A stretch of 64,000 nucleotides of DNA, taken from Armatimonadota bacterium (GTDB taxonomy: Bacteria; Armatimonadota; SYMT01). The DNA is taken from positions 171,653 through 235,652 of the forward strand of contig JBKBRF010000002.1 of the NCBI GenBank assembly GCA_046292385.1, given 5' to 3'. A program made the translations under genes and the position numbers. A model generated the notes under the pieces. That model was not told the origin of the DNA. It did no database searches and saw only the letters and a program-made list of their open reading frames with translations. Below, one piece after another: positions 28,173 through 38,321 of this stretch (positions within the stretch are counted from its first letter, which is position 1; every line of letters starts with the position of its first letter).

Positions 28173-29135
28173 TTGCTGGCGCTCGGTCTCTCGCTGCCGG
28201 CCGGCAGCGAGAGCGGCGGCGACCCGGTTCCGATCCGCGACGGAGACCGCTGGGGCTACCTTGCCCCGGGTGGGGAGATCGCCATCCGGCCGCAGTTCGA
28301 CGCCGCCCGGCGGTTCTCGGACGGGCGCGCGGCGGTGCGCCTGGGCCGGCGCTGGGGCTTCATCGACCGCTCCGGAAAGCTGGCGGTGCTGCCGGTCTAC
28401 GCCAGCGTGGAGGACTTCTCCGAAGGCCTGGCGCTGGTGAGCGAGCCGGAGGGGTTCGCCTTTGTCGATCCCACCGGCCGGCAGGTGCTCCGGATGGGGC
28501 TCGACCGCCGGCCCGGCTCCTTTCACGAGGGGCTGGCGGCAGTGCGGGTGGAGAAGCTCTGGGGCTACATCGACCCCCGCGGCGTGGAGGTGATCCCGCC
28601 GCGCTTGAAAGGCGCCGCCGCCTTCTCGGAGGGGCTCGCCGCGGTACGCCTGGACCGCGGCTACGGCTTCATCGACCGCCGCGGCGAGGTGGTGGTGCCC
28701 GGCCCCTACGACGCCGTGCTGCCCTTCTCCGAGGGCGCCGCGCCCGCCAAGCGGGACGGGCTGTGGGGCTACATCGGGAAGGACGGCGCCTGGATCGTGT
28801 CGCCGCGGTTCGCGGGCGCGTGGAGCTTCTCGGAGGGACGCGCCCGCGTGGCACAGCTCCGGCCGGACGGCTTCACCTACTACGGCTTCATCGACCGCTC
28901 CGGCGAAGAGCGGATCCCACTCCGGTTCCGCTACGCCGGGGACTTCTCCGGCGGCCGGGCGGAGGTCCAGGACGGCGGCAAGTGGGGCTACGTCGGGCCC
29001 TCCGGGGAGTCAGTGGTCGCCCCCCGCTACTCCTGGGCCGGCCCGTTCCGGGACGGGCTCGCCGAGGTGTCGACGGACGGCCGCCGCGGCGTGATCGACG
29101 CAGAAGGCCGCCTGCTCTGGACGCAGGCGGAATAG
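28173..29135 (+). CDS. WG-repeat (KWG) secreted protein
   Basis: About seven repeats of F(S/H)EGLA.V....WG(F/Y)ID..G; true start may be 28143/28146. Confidence 0.9.
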   Translation: MLALGLSLPAGSESGGDPVPIRDGDRWGYLAPGGEIAIRPQFDAARRFSDGRAAVRLGRRWGFIDRSGKLAVLPVYASVEDFSEGLALVSEPEGFAFVDPTGRQVLRMGLDRRPGSFHEGLAAVRVEKLWGYIDPRGVEVIPPRLKGAAAFSEGLAAVRLDRGYGFIDRRGEVVVPGPYDAVLPFSEGAAPAKRDGLWGYIGKDGAWIVSPRFAGAWSFSEGRARVAQLRPDGFTYYGFIDRSGEERIPLRFRYAGDFSGGRAEVQDGGKWGYVGPSGESVVAPRYSWAGPFRDGLAEVSTDGRRGVIDAEGRLLWTQAE

Positions 29136-29186
29136 CGACAGCGTACCCCGGGGCGGGTTACCGCGCTCGGGGCGAGGAGGTCTCTC

Positions 29187-31307
29187 ATGGACCCGACCAT
29201 GGACCGCACCGGTAAACGAACCGTCCCGCGCAGCCCGCGCAGCCCGCGCTGGCTCGTGCTCACCGTCTCTGCCGCGGCCCTCGCCGCCCTCAGCGGCGAT
29301 CTCTCCCGCGCGGGGGTCTCGGCGAGCCGCACCTACACCACCACCGCGGACTTCGACCGCGGGACGCTCTTCAACGTAAACCACGACGCGCCGAACGGCA
29401 ATCAGCTTCAGTTGAACGCGCGCGCGACGACCTTTCCGGTGATGTGGATCGCCAACGCCGGGGAAGACACCGTCTCCAAGATCGATACGAACACCGGGAA
29501 GGAGCTGGCGCGCTACCGCACCTGGTTCGGACCGGAGGGCCAGCCGGGGCACCTGAGCCACCTCGGGAACGCTTACGCCGGCGCGGCGCCCTCCCGCACC
29601 GCGGTCGACTCGAACGGCGACATGTACGTGGCTAACCGGCACTTCGACGGCCGTCCCGCGGAGGTGCTCAAGATCCTGAGCGAAGGGGGGATCGACCGCA
29701 ACGGCAACGGCACGATCGACACCTCGGAGGACACCAACGGCAACGGGGTGATCGATCCCGGCGAGATCCTGCCGATGGGCGACACCAACGGCAACGGCGC
29801 GATCGATCTCTCGGAGATCCGGGATGAGCGGATCGAGTGGGTCTCGCCGCCGGTCGGTCCGCCGAACGGGCTCGGACGCTCCCTGGCGATCGACAACGCC
29901 GGGGACCTCTGGGTCGGACTCTACACCACCCAGGTCTACTTCAAGCTCAGCTCCGCGGATGGGGGCATTCTCGCGGGTCCGATCGACGTGACGCCCAACA
30001 CACCGTACGGCGCGATCGTCGACGCAGACGGAAACCTCTGGGGCGCCTCGCTCGGCTCCACGCTGCTGAAGCTGAATACGAGCACCCAGAACGTGACGGT
30101 CTACAACCACAGCGACCAGGGCGCCGACTACGGGATCGCCATCGGGAACGGCAAGGTCTACCAGGCCAGCCTGAGCGGGCACTCGTTCATCGAGTTCGAT
30201 CCGGTGACGGAGAGCTTCAGCACTCCGGCCGCGACCCAGTTCTCGTCCCTCGGGATCGCGGTCGACTCGAAGGGCGACATCTTCACCGGACCCGCCTCCG
30301 GCGGCATCACCAAGTTCCGTCCGGACGGCAGCGTGATCTGGTCTTCCGTCGCCCAGCCGGGGACCGGTGAGGTCCGGGGGGTGATCATCGACTCGAACGA
30401 CGACGTCTGGCTGATCCACCGCACCTCGAACAACATCTCGAAGTACCGCGGGACGGACGGCGGGGCGCTCGGCGTCTTCCCCGTGGGCGACCAGCCGTAC
30501 ACCTACACCGACGCCACCGGCGTGACCGGCTTCGGGACGCGGCGGACCGGGCGCTGGAGTGTGGTCCAGGACTCCGGCAGCCCGGGCACGCAGTGGGGCC
30601 GGGTGCGCTGGAACCAGGAGCCGCAAGGGGTGGTCCCGCCCGGAGCCAGCATCACCGCGGTCGCGAGAGCCGCCGACACCGAGGCGGGCCTCTCCGCGCA
30701 GGGCTTCGTCGACGTGCAGAACGGGGTACCGTTCGCCGCCGCCGGCCGGTTCCTCGAGCTCCGGATCACCCTAAGCGCCCCGCCCGGCGACGCGCCGGGA
30801 CCGGTGCTCTCCGACGTGACGATCGGCCCTGCCCGAGGAGGCGGCGGGGAGCTGGACCTGGACGCGAAGGTGAAGGTCCGCCAGCTCTGGCCGCCGGACC
30901 ACCGGATGCGGCGGGTCCACCTGGAGGTGACCGGTACGAAGGGTGCCGCGGTCGACGTGCAGGTCTTCAGCAATGAGGACGACGACGACCCGTCGCCTAC
31001 CGATCTCTTCGACCTCTGGGCGGTCATCGGCAGCAACTACAGCCCGGACGCGGATCAGATCCGGCCGGTCCGGCTGCGTCTCCGCGCGGAGCGGGACTGC
31101 TGGCGATCGGGCCGCATCTACCTGATCGTGGTCCGTGCCGAGAGCAAGTCCGGAGCCACGGGGCTCGCGGCGACGAGCGTCACCGTCCCCAGGGACCGGC
31201 TGAGGTTCTGGACCACGCGCAGCAACGCGGAATCACAGGCGGCGGTGCGATACGCCCTGAGCCACGACGGGCAGCCGCCGCCCGGCTACTCGCGGATCGG
31301 CGAATAG
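29187..31307 (+). CDS. Secreted beta-propeller protein (Vgb-lyase-like blades) with DxNGNGxID loops and a C-terminal LWPP domain
   Basis: Signal peptide; SRTAVDSNGDMYVANR, LAIDNAGDLWV, PYTYTDATG; three D.NGNG.ID repeats. Confidence 0.75.
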   Translation: MDPTMDRTGKRTVPRSPRSPRWLVLTVSAAALAALSGDLSRAGVSASRTYTTTADFDRGTLFNVNHDAPNGNQLQLNARATTFPVMWIANAGEDTVSKIDTNTGKELARYRTWFGPEGQPGHLSHLGNAYAGAAPSRTAVDSNGDMYVANRHFDGRPAEVLKILSEGGIDRNGNGTIDTSEDTNGNGVIDPGEILPMGDTNGNGAIDLSEIRDERIEWVSPPVGPPNGLGRSLAIDNAGDLWVGLYTTQVYFKLSSADGGILAGPIDVTPNTPYGAIVDADGNLWGASLGSTLLKLNTSTQNVTVYNHSDQGADYGIAIGNGKVYQASLSGHSFIEFDPVTESFSTPAATQFSSLGIAVDSKGDIFTGPASGGITKFRPDGSVIWSSVAQPGTGEVRGVIIDSNDDVWLIHRTSNNISKYRGTDGGALGVFPVGDQPYTYTDATGVTGFGTRRTGRWSVVQDSGSPGTQWGRVRWNQEPQGVVPPGASITAVARAADTEAGLSAQGFVDVQNGVPFAAAGRFLELRITLSAPPGDAPGPVLSDVTIGPARGGGGELDLDAKVKVRQLWPPDHRMRRVHLEVTGTKGAAVDVQVFSNEDDDDPSPTDLFDLWAVIGSNYSPDADQIRPVRLRLRAERDCWRSGRIYLIVVRAESKSGATGLAATSVTVPRDRLRFWTTRSNAESQAAVRYALSHDGQPPPGYSRIGE

Positions 31308-31311
31308 CCGC

Positions 31312-31348
31312 GAAGGGGAGAGCCGGAAGCGCCCGGTCTCTCCCCTTC
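31312..31348. terminator. Hairpin between convergent genes
   Basis: gaaggggagagccgg / ccggtctctccccttc; weak U-tract. Confidence 0.6.
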
Positions 31349-31377
31349 CTTGACGCGCCTTCACCCAGGAGCGACGG

Positions 31378-32241
31378 CTACGGCAGCGGCTCGCCGTCGT
31401 AGCCCGTCAGCTCGCGGATCCAGACGTTGCGGAAGCGGACCGGGTCGCCGTGGTCCTGGAAGGCGATCCGGCCCTTCTCCCCGTGCGGCGTGTACGGCGC
31501 CCGCACCTTGTGGAGCATCGGTCCCAGCACTTCGGCGTGGTGGTGCACCAGCACGCCGTTGTGGAAGACGGTCGCGTAGGCGGGGCGGACCAGCTTGCCG
31601 TCCTCGAAGCGCGGGCCGTTGAAGATGATGTCCATCGTCTGCCACTCGCCCGGCTTGCGGCTGGCGTTCACCAGCGGCGGGTACTGGCCGTAGAGGGACC
31701 CGGCCTGGCCGTCCGGGTAGGTCGGGCTCTGGTAGCTGTCCAGCACCTGGATCTCGTACCGCCCGTCGTGGAAGAAGATGCCGCTGTTGCCGCGGCTCTG
31801 GCCGGTGCCTTTCGGCGGGTTGGGGGTCTGGAACTCCACGTGGAGCTGGGCGTCGCCGAACGAGTCGCGGGTCATGATCGTGCCGCCGCCCCGGGTGCCG
31901 CGCGGCGGGACCACCATCGCTCCGTCCTCGATCTTCCAACCGGTCGGCTGCCCGCGGCCGTCCTGCCACTTGGAGAGGTCGGTGCCGTCGAAGAGCACGA
32001 CGGCGTCGGACGGAGCGCGGCCCGGCTTCTCCTGCGTGCTGGGGGTGCCCGGATCGACCGCCGCGGGCTGCGGGCGTTTGCCGTCGTGCACCCGCCACTT
32101 GTTCCCCGGCAGGAACGGGGTGTCGTCGTAGCCGAGGTTCGGCTGCTGCGCGCCGGCGGCCAGGCCGAGGCCAACCCCGGCACCGGCCGCCGCGACTACG
32201 GTCACGAGGGCGCGCCGGGACCATTTCTGGCGAATCTTCAC
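31378..32241 (-). CDS. DUF1080 (3-keto-disaccharide hydrolase family) protein with Tat signal
   Basis: GTG 32241 with AAGGAG SD; SRRAL; LFDGTDL, FGDAQLHVEF, GNSG, YEIQVLDS, FQDHGDPVRFRNVWIREL. Confidence 0.9.
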   Translation of the reverse strand: MKIRQKWSRRALVTVVAAAGAGVGLGLAAGAQQPNLGYDDTPFLPGNKWRVHDGKRPQPAAVDPGTPSTQEKPGRAPSDAVVLFDGTDLSKWQDGRGQPTGWKIEDGAMVVPPRGTRGGGTIMTRDSFGDAQLHVEFQTPNPPKGTGQSRGNSGIFFHDGRYEIQVLDSYQSPTYPDGQAGSLYGQYPPLVNASRKPGEWQTMDIIFNGPRFEDGKLVRPAYATVFHNGVLVHHHAEVLGPMLHKVRAPYTPHGEKGRIAFQDHGDPVRFRNVWIRELTGYDGEPLP

Positions 32242-32414
32242 GTGCGTGACTCCTTGCGAGTTGTGAAAAGACGAAGCCCGGTTCACCGGTGGAACGGGGG
32301 ACTCCTGGAGGAGGGCGATACCGGAGAGCGGCCACTTACGTCTGCCTACTGTACGCGTTCACGCACTGCGGGCGCGCGCTTGCCCCCTCTATCCTACGCG
32401 CGGAGACCCTTCCG

Positions 32415-33311
32415 ATGAGCGTGGTGCTGCAGAATCTCACGAAAGTCTATGATCGCAAAGTCGTCAGCGTCGACGACGTCTCGCTCCGCGTCGATTCCGG
32501 CGTGCTGGGCCTCCTCGGGCCGAACGGCGCGGGCAAGACGACGCTGATGCGCATGCTGGCGACGCTGCTCGATCCCACCACCGGCACCGCCAGCGTGGAC
32601 GGCTACGACGTGCGCCGGCAGCGGTCCGACGTGCGCCGCATCCTCGGCTACCTGCCGCAGCAGTTCGGTCTCTACCCGCACATGTCGTGCCGGGAGATGC
32701 TGGAGTACGTGGGGCTGCTCTACGGCCTGCCGCGGCCGGAGCGGCGCGAGGCGGTGGAGCGCACGCTGCACGCGGTGCATCTGGAAGAGTTCGCGAAGCG
32801 GAAGGTCGGCGCGCTCTCCGGCGGGATGAAGCAGCGCCTCGGCATCGCGCAGGCGGTCCTCGCGAGCCCGCGGCTGCTGATCGTCGACGAGCCGACCTCC
32901 GGCCTCGACCCGGAGGAGCGGATCCGGGTGCGGAACCTGCTGGCGGAGCTGGCGCGGGACCGGGTGGTGATCCTCTCCACCCACATCGTGGGCGACGTGA
33001 CGGCGACGGCGCACACCCTCGCGCTGCTACGGCGGGGGAAGCTGATCTTCCACGGCACGCAGCCGGAGCTGCTGCGGGAGGTGGAGGGGCGGGTCTGGAC
33101 CGCCCGCGTCTCCGAGCCGGACCTGCCGCGCCTGAAGGAAGCGTGCCTGATCACCGGCATCACCCACGCGGCGGATGGTCTGGAAGCGCGGCTCGTGGCC
33201 GAAGACCCGGGACGGCTGCCGGGGGTGCTGCAAGCCTCCGCCGCCGCCGCGGGGCTGGAGGACGCCTACCTCTACCGGATGGGGCAGGACGCGCTGGAGG
33301 TGGGGGTATGA
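32415..33311 (+). CDS. ABC transporter ATP-binding protein (ABC-2 type)
   Basis: GPNGAGKTT, LSGGMKQR, IVDEPTSGLDP, STHI. Confidence 0.95.
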   Translation: MSVVLQNLTKVYDRKVVSVDDVSLRVDSGVLGLLGPNGAGKTTLMRMLATLLDPTTGTASVDGYDVRRQRSDVRRILGYLPQQFGLYPHMSCREMLEYVGLLYGLPRPERREAVERTLHAVHLEEFAKRKVGALSGGMKQRLGIAQAVLASPRLLIVDEPTSGLDPEERIRVRNLLAELARDRVVILSTHIVGDVTATAHTLALLRRGKLIFHGTQPELLREVEGRVWTARVSEPDLPRLKEACLITGITHAADGLEARLVAEDPGRLPGVLQASAAAAGLEDAYLYRMGQDALEVGV

Positions 33312-34648
33312 ACGGCGCCGTGCCGGCCGCGATGCCGGGTGCCGGTCTCGGGGAGCTGGCCCGCGCGGAGCTGCGGCTGGTGGTCCGCAGCGGCGGCTTC
33401 CTGCTGCTCGCCGCGCTGGTGGCGGTCTGCGCCGTGCTGACGCAGGTGACCCTGCGCTACGCCGCCCCGATGGTCCTGAGCCTCGGGCCCACCGCCTACA
33501 GCTACCTGCGGGACCTGCTCGACGCGCTGCTGCCGATCGTGGTGCCGCCGCTCGTCTGCGCCGCGGCGCTGCGGGAGCACCGCCTGGAGATGGGCGACCT
33601 GCTGCTCTCCAAGCCGCCCTCCAGCGAGCGCCTCTACTGGGGAAAGCTGGTCGGGGTCTCCGCCGCCGTCGCCCTCCTGCTTCCGGTCGCGGCGCTGGCG
33701 GCGCTCGCCGCCCAGGCCGCCCTCTTCCGCGAAGTGACGGTCTACGCCGTGCTCCTCGCCGCCCTGCGCGCCGCCCCGCCGCTCCTGTTCAGCACGCTCC
33801 TCTCGTTCGCGCTGGCCACCTTTGCGCGCTCCGCCCTGGTAGCCGGCTTCGCCATGGCGCTGCCGATCGCGGTGGCGGCGGGCAGCAGCTACCTGATCCC
33901 GGTCCTCCAGTTCACGCTAACGCCGTACCATCTCACCTGGGCGCTGCTCGGCCTCGCCTGCGCGGCGGGGGTGGCGGCCTGGTGGCAGGCGGGCCGTCAG
34001 CCGGAGCGGACGCTCCTCCGTCGGGTCGCGCCGGCCGCCGCGGCCCTCGCGCTCGCCCTCGTCGCCGGGGCTTCGGCCACCGCGAAGTGGCGCGGCTGGA
34101 CCCTCGACGCCGACCCGGCAATGCAGCGCCTGGGGGACCGGAAGCTGCAGAACGGGCCGCTTCCGGACACGCCGATGCGGACGGTCGACGGCGGCACCCT
34201 GCGGCTCGGCGCCTGGACGGGCAAGCCGCTGACGGTCGTCCTCTGGTCCACCGACGGCGCCGACGGGGCGTCCGAAGCCGCGGCGCTCGCTCGCGCGTGC
34301 CGCGAGGGCGGGGAAGGCCGCGTGGAGCTGGTCACCGCGTGCGTGACGGAAGATCCGCTCCGGGCCGGGGATGTCGCCGCCATTGCCGGGCTCGACGGCC
34401 CGGTGCTCTGGAACCCGCCGCCCCGCTTTGAAATGGCGACCGGCCTGGCCGCCGCGCTCGGCATCGAGCAGGCGCCCCAGCGAGCGATCGCCGCCTTCCT
34501 GCGCGGCAAGGACCCGGTCGTGGGGCCGAGCACCGTCACGGAGCCGCCGATGCAGGCCGGCGGAGCACCGCCCCGGCGGCAGTGGGCGCACCGCCTGACT
34601 CAGCTCGGGACCGCCGCGTTCCGGCGGCTGGCGGAGGAGAAGCACTAG
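33308..34648 (+). CDS. ABC-2 type permease fused to a thioredoxin-like domain
   Basis: ATGA overlap with the ATPase; several TM helices with DLLLSKP...LYWGKL; C-terminal LPD..M.TVDG.T..L..W.GKP..VVLW. Confidence 0.75.
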   Translation: MNGAVPAAMPGAGLGELARAELRLVVRSGGFLLLAALVAVCAVLTQVTLRYAAPMVLSLGPTAYSYLRDLLDALLPIVVPPLVCAAALREHRLEMGDLLLSKPPSSERLYWGKLVGVSAAVALLLPVAALAALAAQAALFREVTVYAVLLAALRAAPPLLFSTLLSFALATFARSALVAGFAMALPIAVAAGSSYLIPVLQFTLTPYHLTWALLGLACAAGVAAWWQAGRQPERTLLRRVAPAAAALALALVAGASATAKWRGWTLDADPAMQRLGDRKLQNGPLPDTPMRTVDGGTLRLGAWTGKPLTVVLWSTDGADGASEAAALARACREGGEGRVELVTACVTEDPLRAGDVAAIAGLDGPVLWNPPPRFEMATGLAAALGIEQAPQRAIAAFLRGKDPVVGPSTVTEPPMQAGGAPPRRQWAHRLTQLGTAAFRRLAEEKH

Positions 34649-34649
34649 G

Positions 34650-35330
34650 ATGCGCGACTTCTTCCAGTACGTACGACTCTCGGCCGGCGTGGTGGTGCGC
34701 AACGACGCCTGGCTGATGGTGCTGCCGATCGCCTTCCTCTACGTGGTGGGGCTCTGGACGCTCTACTTCGTGGAGACCTCGAAGTGGGACCCCGGGATCG
34801 CGGTGACCCAGGCGGAAGTGTTTGCGCCGCTGGTGGCGGTCTTCATCTTCGCCGGCCTGCTCGACGCGGAGCAGCGGCGGGGCGCCGGCGAGATCGTCTT
34901 CAGCAAGCCGCACCCGCCGGCGCTGCTGCTCGGAGTCCGCGTGGTCCTCGCCCTGCTGGTGAGCGAGCTGTTCCTGCTGTCGGTGCTGATCGCCTACCAC
35001 TTTCGGTTCGGCAACGCCGCCATCGGGCCGTCGATGCTCTACGCGATCCCCCCCTGCCTCTTCATGGGGCTGATCGCGCTGACGACGGGTCGGTCGGTGC
35101 GGAGCGCGGCGGCCGGCTACGGGCTCTCGCTCGGGTTCTGGCTCTGGGACAGCACCGCCGGGATGCTCTACAACCCGCTCTTCGTGCTGCCGGCCGCGGA
35201 GATCGATTCCCCGGAGATCACCGGCGCCTCGCCCGCCGTCTTCCTGGCGGCGAACAAGCTGGCGATGCTGACGGTCGCCGCCGCGCTCTTCTGGCTCAAC
35301 ACCCGCGCGCTGCGCCGGAGCGGCTTCTGA
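34650..35330 (+). CDS. ABC-2 type permease
   Basis: About six TM helices, EQRRGAGEIVFSKP loop; operonic. Confidence 0.78.
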   Translation: MRDFFQYVRLSAGVVVRNDAWLMVLPIAFLYVVGLWTLYFVETSKWDPGIAVTQAEVFAPLVAVFIFAGLLDAEQRRGAGEIVFSKPHPPALLLGVRVVLALLVSELFLLSVLIAYHFRFGNAAIGPSMLYAIPPCLFMGLIALTTGRSVRSAAAGYGLSLGFWLWDSTAGMLYNPLFVLPAAEIDSPEITGASPAVFLAANKLAMLTVAAALFWLNTRALRRSGF

Positions 35331-38272
35331 TGCTACCCCGACTCCGCACCTTCCTGATCGGGCTTGCCCTGGTCCTCGGCTACTTCTGGACCGGCGCCGC
35401 GGCCAAGCTGCTCCTCCTCTCCAGCGGCGGCGGCGGGCTGCCGCACGGGAGCGACCTGCGCGTCCGGCCGATGCGCGGCTATACCGTGACGGCGGCCAAC
35501 CGCGCGATGGGCAACCTGATGTCGGTCTACGGTCCCCTGCCGATGCCCGCCGCCTTCGGTGCCGGCGTGGCCGCGCACCTGCGGGGGGTGGGCGTGGGCC
35601 TCGACGCCGCGCAGCCGGATTACGACGAGAAGCGGCGCGAGGCGCTGGAGCGCTCCGTAGCCGCTCCCGGCTGGCACCCGTTCCGCAGCCACGCCCGCCT
35701 GGAGCTGGCGGCGCTGGAGCTCTATCCCAGCCCCATCGGCTTCTCAGAAGGGCTCGCCGACGTAGGCCGGTCCGACCGGGGGGCCTGGGTGACGGTCGGC
35801 ATGGTCGACGCCGACCGCTGGTGGATCGCGCGCCAGGCGACCGGCCCCAACCCGCCGCGCGCGGAGGAGCTGTACACGGCGGTCATCGCCGCCCGCCCCG
35901 GCCCCCTACTTTCCGGGGAGGCGCTCTGGATGCGCGCGCTGGCGGCGGCGGAGCGGTGGGACTTCGCCCGGTCGGAAGCAGACTTCCGGGAGCTGGTGAT
36001 CGCCTCTCCGCAGTCGCCGCTCGCCCACCTGGCGCTGCAGCAGCTCCAGGCGACGCCCCCCGGCCGCAGGTCGGCGGCGGACCTCGTCCCGCTCTACCGC
36101 CACGTGCTGCGGCACCGGGAGGGCGTGGAGCGCGCGCGGCTCGCCCCGGACCTGGCAGGACTACTCCAGATGACTGGGGACCAGGACGCCGCCCGGAAGG
36201 TCCTGCGCGACGCCCTCGCGGAGCTGGACCGGCTCCAGGCGGACGGCAAGCTCCGGGACGCGGACCTGGAGCTGCAGCGGAACTTGGGCGAGGCGCTCCA
36301 GCGGCTGGAGACCGAGAAGCCGGCCCCGTTCTTCCCGCCGCCGGTGGAGGCGGCCCCCGGACCGCGCGCGCCGGTCCGCTCCCGCGTGCTGGCGAACGGG
36401 AAGCCGCTCGCCGGCGTGATCGCCGCGCTGGTGCCGGTGCCGGACGCCCTGCGCGGCCTGCCGGTAGAAGTCCAGAACGAGGCGGCGGCTCCCCGCCCCG
36501 CGGGCGCGCCGCCAATCCCGCGGGACGCGAACGAGGCACAGCGGGCCCATTCCTGGTTCACGCAGGGCGTGGCCTCCTGGCTGCGCACTCGCCCGGAGCT
36601 GGTGACCCGCTCCGGCGCCGACGGCGCGCTGAGCTGGCCGTCGATCCCCTCCGGCGCCTACGCCGTCTTCCTGCGCGCCGGCACCTGGCAGCTTCCGGAC
36701 GGAGGAAAAGCCCTAGCGCCGGTGCCGCTCTCGGAGCCGGTTCAGGTGGCCGGGGCGGAAGTGAAGCTCCCGGACCTCCGCCTCGTCACGCCGCCGGAGG
36801 TCCGGCCGCCTTCCGCAGCAGACCCGACCCTCCGCTGGACGCGCGTTCCCGGCGCCGCCGCCTACCGGGTGTCGCTGGCGGCCCGGCTGCTCGACTTCTC
36901 ACCGCAGCAGGTGGACGATACCGGCAGCGGCTCCGCGGCGATCGATCCGGAAGTCGCCTGGTGGCGCGACGGGATTCACGGAGCCTCGACGCCGCTCTCG
37001 GCGGAGGCGTTCGTTGGCCCGGCGGAGGACCCGCTCCGCAGCGGCCTGGCCGCGGGCTGGCAGTACACCTGCCGCGTGGAAGCATTCGATGCGGGCGGAA
37101 AGCTGCTGGCGCAGTCGGAGACGCTCACTCCGCGGGACGGCTTCTCCGGGTGGGGCTGGCGCGCGCTCGCCGGAACGAAGAAAGGGGCGGCCGGCGAGCC
37201 GCCGGCGGCGCAGCGGTTCGCCAGCATGGCGGAGATCGTGGGGGGCGCGGACGAGTTCGGCAGCCCGTTCCTGCAGATGATCACGCGGGAGGAGGTCCAG
37301 CCGCAGCCGCGGAAGCCCCGGTCGATCCCGGTGATGGCGGCGCTGAAGTCGAACGGCCAGGGGCTGCCGCCCCGCCGCCCGCTGGGTGGCCTCCCGCCGC
37401 CGCACGCGATGCCGCCACCCGGCGGACCGGGCGGGCCGATGCTGGCCGGAGTCCCGCCCGGGATGGTCCCGCCCGGCATGGTTGCGCCTCCGGGGATGCC
37501 GCTCCCGGGCGGGCCGCCTCCGGGCGCCACCATGGGGCCCGGAGGTCCCTTCGGACCGGGAGGCCCCGGTAGTCCCGGCATGACGGCACCGGTTCTGCCG
37601 GGGCCGGACGGCAGACCCCCGGTCGTCGCGGCCCCACCCCCGCCCGCTCCGGCGCCGGCTCCCGAGCCGCTGACCGTCTCGCTGGTAGAGCTTTCCGGAC
37701 CTGACGTCGAGACCTGGCAGACCGCGGACGGCGAGCCGGTGGAGCCCGCGGAGGGCGCGCTGCCGCTCCGGGGGACGCTGCGCCCTTCCGGCGGAGCGAT
37801 CCCGCTCCCGGCAGGGTCGCGGCGGCTCCTGGCCCGAACCGCCGGGGCGGGCGCGGTGATCTTCGTTCTCCACGACCGGAACGGGCAGTCGAAACGGCTC
37901 AAGGCGGGCGACCCGGTCCCGCCCGGGGAGTGGTCGCTGGCCGAGATCACTGCGAAGCCCCGAGACGGCGCGCTGATCCGCCTGGTCCGCGCGGCGGTCG
38001 AGGTGGCCCCCGGCACGGGCATCCACCTCACGGCTCGCCGGGTGGAGGGCTTCGTCGTGCTGCGGCTGCGGAGCCTCGCCTCCGAGCCGCTGCGCGCGGA
38101 ACTGTGGGGCGGTGCGGAGGCTCCGCTCGGTGAGGTCGAGCTCTCCCCCCGCGGCAGCACCCGCCTGCGGCTGCCGCTGTCGCTCTTCCCGCAGGGTCCG
38201 CCGGAGCGGCTGGAGGCGCGGTGGGAGGGAGGCCGGGCGGAAGCTGCCCTGAGGCCGAGGGATGAGGAATGA
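35330..38272 (+). CDS. Large membrane-anchored hypothetical protein (TPR-like helices, beta-sandwich domains, Pro/Gly/Met-rich linker)
   Basis: TGATG coupling to the upstream permease; start MLPRLRTFLIGL; codon usage typical of real genes here. Confidence 0.7.
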   Translation: MLPRLRTFLIGLALVLGYFWTGAAAKLLLLSSGGGGLPHGSDLRVRPMRGYTVTAANRAMGNLMSVYGPLPMPAAFGAGVAAHLRGVGVGLDAAQPDYDEKRREALERSVAAPGWHPFRSHARLELAALELYPSPIGFSEGLADVGRSDRGAWVTVGMVDADRWWIARQATGPNPPRAEELYTAVIAARPGPLLSGEALWMRALAAAERWDFARSEADFRELVIASPQSPLAHLALQQLQATPPGRRSAADLVPLYRHVLRHREGVERARLAPDLAGLLQMTGDQDAARKVLRDALAELDRLQADGKLRDADLELQRNLGEALQRLETEKPAPFFPPPVEAAPGPRAPVRSRVLANGKPLAGVIAALVPVPDALRGLPVEVQNEAAAPRPAGAPPIPRDANEAQRAHSWFTQGVASWLRTRPELVTRSGADGALSWPSIPSGAYAVFLRAGTWQLPDGGKALAPVPLSEPVQVAGAEVKLPDLRLVTPPEVRPPSAADPTLRWTRVPGAAAYRVSLAARLLDFSPQQVDDTGSGSAAIDPEVAWWRDGIHGASTPLSAEAFVGPAEDPLRSGLAAGWQYTCRVEAFDAGGKLLAQSETLTPRDGFSGWGWRALAGTKKGAAGEPPAAQRFASMAEIVGGADEFGSPFLQMITREEVQPQPRKPRSIPVMAALKSNGQGLPPRRPLGGLPPPHAMPPPGGPGGPMLAGVPPGMVPPGMVAPPGMPLPGGPPPGATMGPGGPFGPGGPGSPGMTAPVLPGPDGRPPVVAAPPPPAPAPAPEPLTVSLVELSGPDVETWQTADGEPVEPAEGALPLRGTLRPSGGAIPLPAGSRRLLARTAGAGAVIFVLHDRNGQSKRLKAGDPVPPGEWSLAEITAKPRDGALIRLVRAAVEVAPGTGIHLTARRVEGFVVLRLRSLASEPLRAELWGGAEAPLGEVELSPRGSTRLRLPLSLFPQGPPERLEARWEGGRAEAALRPRDEE

Positions 38273-38281
38273 GGGACCCTT

Positions 38282-38320
38282 AAAGGCAAAAGGCTAAAGG
38301 CTAAAGGCAAAAGGCTAAAG
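38282..38320. repeat. Tandem heptamer AAAGGC(A/T), 5.5 copies
   Basis: Read directly. Confidence 0.92.
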
Positions 38321-38321
38321 T

